Shown here in pieces: positions 60,948 through 64,000 of a DNA stretch of 64,000 nucleotides. Source of the stretch: Balanoglossus misakiensis (lineage: Eukaryota; Animalia; Hemichordata); NCBI GenBank assembly GCA_040954595.2, contig CM082594.2, forward strand, positions 1,072,247-1,136,246, given 5' to 3'. How positions within the stretch are numbered: the stretch's first letter is position 1; every line of letters starts with the position of its first letter. Both the position numbers and the translations under genes were made by a program. The notes beneath the pieces were generated by a model that ran no database searches, had not been told where the DNA came from, and saw nothing but the letters and a program-made list of their open reading frames with translations.

Positions 60948-61473
60948 AGAGACTTACAACAAGTTTTCCGAGTAACACAAAGTTCTGGTTTATTACTGGT
61001 CACACATAAGAATTACACGACTCGATCCATGCTCGTTGACTCCCATCACGGATCTCCGGTGATAAACGTGTGATCTCAAATTTCACCACACCTTATTAAT
61101 ACGTTAGTCAAGTATTAAGTCATAAAAGGAACACGTCATCTTAATATTTCTTAAACATGAACTTAGCGCGTGATATCTCTATCTCGTTCTGACATGTATC
61201 AATTACACAATCTTGTTTACTCTGGGTCAAGTACCTATGTCAATACTGGACTAAAACCATATAAGTGAATGACTTTTTACGTAATCATAAACAAGATCTA
61301 TGATCGTTAAAACTCAATCGTGACACTTGTATTACCGCTGGTTTCTCATGATTGTTCATGCATCGGGGAATCTGTAGCGATGAGGTAACGGGCTCTGACG
61401 GGAACCGTGATCCACGGAGACACGGATCTGATTTACGTTCATTTATTGTCCGGAATTATTATAGTACAGTGTC

Positions 61474-64000
61474 GTGGCCAGCGTCGTGCCCATCAATTTT
61501 GAGTGTTTGGTGGGGTCAACCTTTGCGTCAACATTGATTAACCAGGCCATGCAGAGCTAGTGGCCAGTGTCGTGCCCATCAATTTTGAGTGTTTGGTGGG
61601 GTCAACCTTTGCGTCAACATTGATTAACCAGGCCATGCAGAGCTAGTGGCCAGTGTCGTGCCCATCAATTTTGAGTGTTTGGTGGGGTCAACCTTTGCGT
61701 CAACATTGATTAACCAGGCCATGCAGAGCTAGTGGCCAGTGTCGTGCCCATCAATTTTGAGTGTTTGGTGGGGTCAACCTTTGCGTCAACATTGATTAAC
61801 CAGGCCATGCAGAGCTAGTGGCCAGTGTCGTGCCCATCAATTTTGAGTGTTTGGTGGGGTCAACCTTTGCGTCAACATTGATTAACCAGGCCATGCAGAG
61901 CTAGTGGCCAGTGTCGTGCCCATCAATTTTGAGTGTTTGGTGGGGTCAACCTTTGCGTCAACATTGATTAACCAGGCCATGCAGAGCTAGTGGCCAGTGT
62001 CGTGCCCATCAATTTTGAGTTTTTGTGGGGTCAACCTTTGCGTCAACATTGATTAACCAGGCCATGCAGAGCTAGTGGCCAGTGTCGTGCCCATCAATTT
62101 TGAGTGTTTGGTGGGGTCAGCCTTTGCGTCAACATTGATTAACCAGGCCATGCAGAGCTAGTGGCCAGTGTCGTGCCCATCAATTTTGAGTGTTTGGTGG
62201 GGTCAGCCTTTGCGTCAACATTGATTAACCAGGCCATGCAGAGCTAGTGGCCAGTGTCGTGCCCATCAATTTTGAGTGTTTGGTGGGGTCAGCCTTTGCG
62301 TCAACATTGATTAACCAGGCCATGCAGAGCTAGTGGCCAGTGTCGTGCCCATCAATTTTGAGTGTTTGGTGGGGTCAGCCTTTGCGTCAACATTGATTAA
62401 CCAGGCCATGCAGAGCTAGTGGCCAGTGTCGTGCCCATCAATTTTGAGTGTTTGGTGGGGTCAGCCTTTGCGTCAACATTGATTAACCAGGCCATGCAGA
62501 GCTAGTGGCCAGTGTCGTGCCCATCAATTTTGAGTGTTTGGTGGGGTCAGCCTTTGCGTCAACATTGATTAACCAGGCCATGCAGAGCTAGTGGCCAGTG
62601 TCGTGCCCATCAATTTTGAGTGTTTGGTGGGGTCAGCCTTTGCGTCAACATTGATTAACCAGGCCATGCAGAGCTAGTGGCCAGTGTCGTGCCCATCAAT
62701 TTTGAGTGTTTGGTGGGGTCAGCCTTTGCGTCAACATTGATTAACCAGGCCATGCAGAGCTAGTGGCCAGTGTCGTGCCCATCAATTTTGAGTGTTTGGT
62801 GGGGTCAGCCTTTGCGTCAACATTGATTAACCAGGCCATGCAGAGCTAGTGGCCAGTGTCGTGCCCATCAATTTTGAGTGTTTGGTGGGGTCAGCCTTTG
62901 CGTCAACATTGATTAACCAGGCCATGCAGAGCTAGTGGCCAGTGTCGTGCCCATCAATTTTGAGTGTTTGGTGGGGTCAGCCTTTGCGTCAACATTGATT
63001 AACCAGGCCATGCAGAGCTAGTGGCCAGTGTCGTGCCCATCAATTTTGAGTGTTTGGTGGGGTCAGCCTTTGCGTCAACATTGATTAACCAGGCCATGCA
63101 GAGCTAGTGGCCAGTGTCGTGCCCATCAATTTTGAGTGTTTGGTGGGGTCAGCCTTTGCGTCAACATTGATTAACCAGGCCATGCAGAGCTAGTGGCCAG
63201 TGTCGTGCCCATCAATTTTGAGTGTTTGGTGGGGTCAGCCTTTGCGTCAACATTGATTAACCAGGCCATGCAGAGCTAGTGGCCAGTGTCGTGCCCATCA
63301 ATTTTGAGTGTTTGGTGGGGTCAGCCTTTGCGTCAACATTGATTAACCAGGCCATGCAGAGCTAGTGGCCAGTGTCGTGCCCATCAATTTTGAGTGTTTG
63401 GTGGGGTCAGCCTTTGCGTCAACATTGATTAACCAGGCCATGCAGAGCTAGTGGCCAGTGTCGTGCCCATCAATTTTGAGTGTTTGGTGGGGTCAGCCTT
63501 TGCGTCAACATTGATTAACCAGGCCATGCAGAGCTAGTGGCCAGTGTCGTGCCCATCAATTTTGAGTGTTTGGTGGGGTCAGCCTTTGCGTCAACATTGA
63601 TTAACCAGGCCATGCAGAGCTAGTGGCCAGTGTCGTGCCCATCAATTTTGAGTGTTTGGTGGGGTCAGCCTTTGCGTCAACATTGATTAACCAGGCCATG
63701 CAGAGCTAGTGGCCAGTGTCGTGCCCATCAATTTTGAGTGTTTGGTGGGGTCAGCCTTTGCGTCAACATTGATTAACCAGGCCATGCAGAGCTAGTGGCC
63801 AGTGTCGTGCCCATCAATTTTGAGTGTTTGGTGGGGTCAGCCTTTGCGTCAACATTGATTAACCAGGCCATGCAGAGCTAGTGGCCAGTGTCGTGCCCAT
63901 CAATTTTGAGTGTTTGGTGGGGTCAGCCTTTGCGTCAACATTGATTAACCAGGCCATGCAGAGCTAGTGGCCAGTGTCGTGCCCATCAATTTTGAGTGTT
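61474..64000. repeat. 86-bp tandem satellite, at least 29 copies, running off the window
   Basis: Unit GTGGCCAGTGTCGTGCCCATCAATTTTGAGTGTTTGGTGGGGTCARCCTTTGCGTCAACATTGATTAACCAGGCCATGCAGAGCTA; no unique spacers. Confidence 0.97.

Larger units (their letters stand above)
53604..61325 (-). mobile_element. Non-autonomous LTR retrotransposon (LTRs 58824-61325 interrupted, and 53604-54143) with nested LINEs
   Basis: Near-identical 540-bp LTRs. PBS-like TGGTGTTAGAA just inside the 5' LTR, polypurine tract before the 3' LTR. Flanks TTTGT/CTTGT (4/5). No gag or pol recognised. Confidence 0.75.

Noticed and set aside
61474-64000. CRISPR array
   Set aside because: Units are contiguous and identical with no unique spacers, no cas genes are present, and the context is eukaryotic.

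Overview
Eukaryotic, intron-rich, TE-dense DNA, probably from a marine invertebrate (inferred from gene content; not prokaryotic). The + strand carries the last 15 exons (7396-36471) of a large type-I membrane protein with pentraxin/LamG, EGF, HYR, CCP, four ephrin-receptor-like Cys repeats, EGF, TM and an NPxY tail (uninflatable/SVEP1-like). One of its 162-nt exons is split by a ~19.9-kb composite insertion (13233-33175), a non-autonomous Helentron (HINE) copy. Nested inside it is the most notable feature, a 16.6-kb DNA transposon (15895-32524) with perfect 119-bp TIRs and an ACCAGTG duplication. That transposon carries two intact, spliced, convergent genes: an ~850-aa KDZ (Kyakuja-Dileera-Zisupton) transposase and an ~513-aa protein with a divergent NRF1/EWG-type DNA-binding domain. 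The window also holds a stacked HINE array (1-7158) and a ~9.7-kb tandem segmental duplication (37048-58641). One duplicate copy gained a tyrosine-recombinase (Crypton-type) element with a long terminal hairpin, and the other copy preserves the empty site. A non-coding LTR element, CR1/L2-group LINEs, several MITEs, a tandem 977-bp dimer and an 86-bp satellite make up the rest. Splice models were built by hand from GT/AG sites and phase checks. Family names come from recalled motifs, not database searches.
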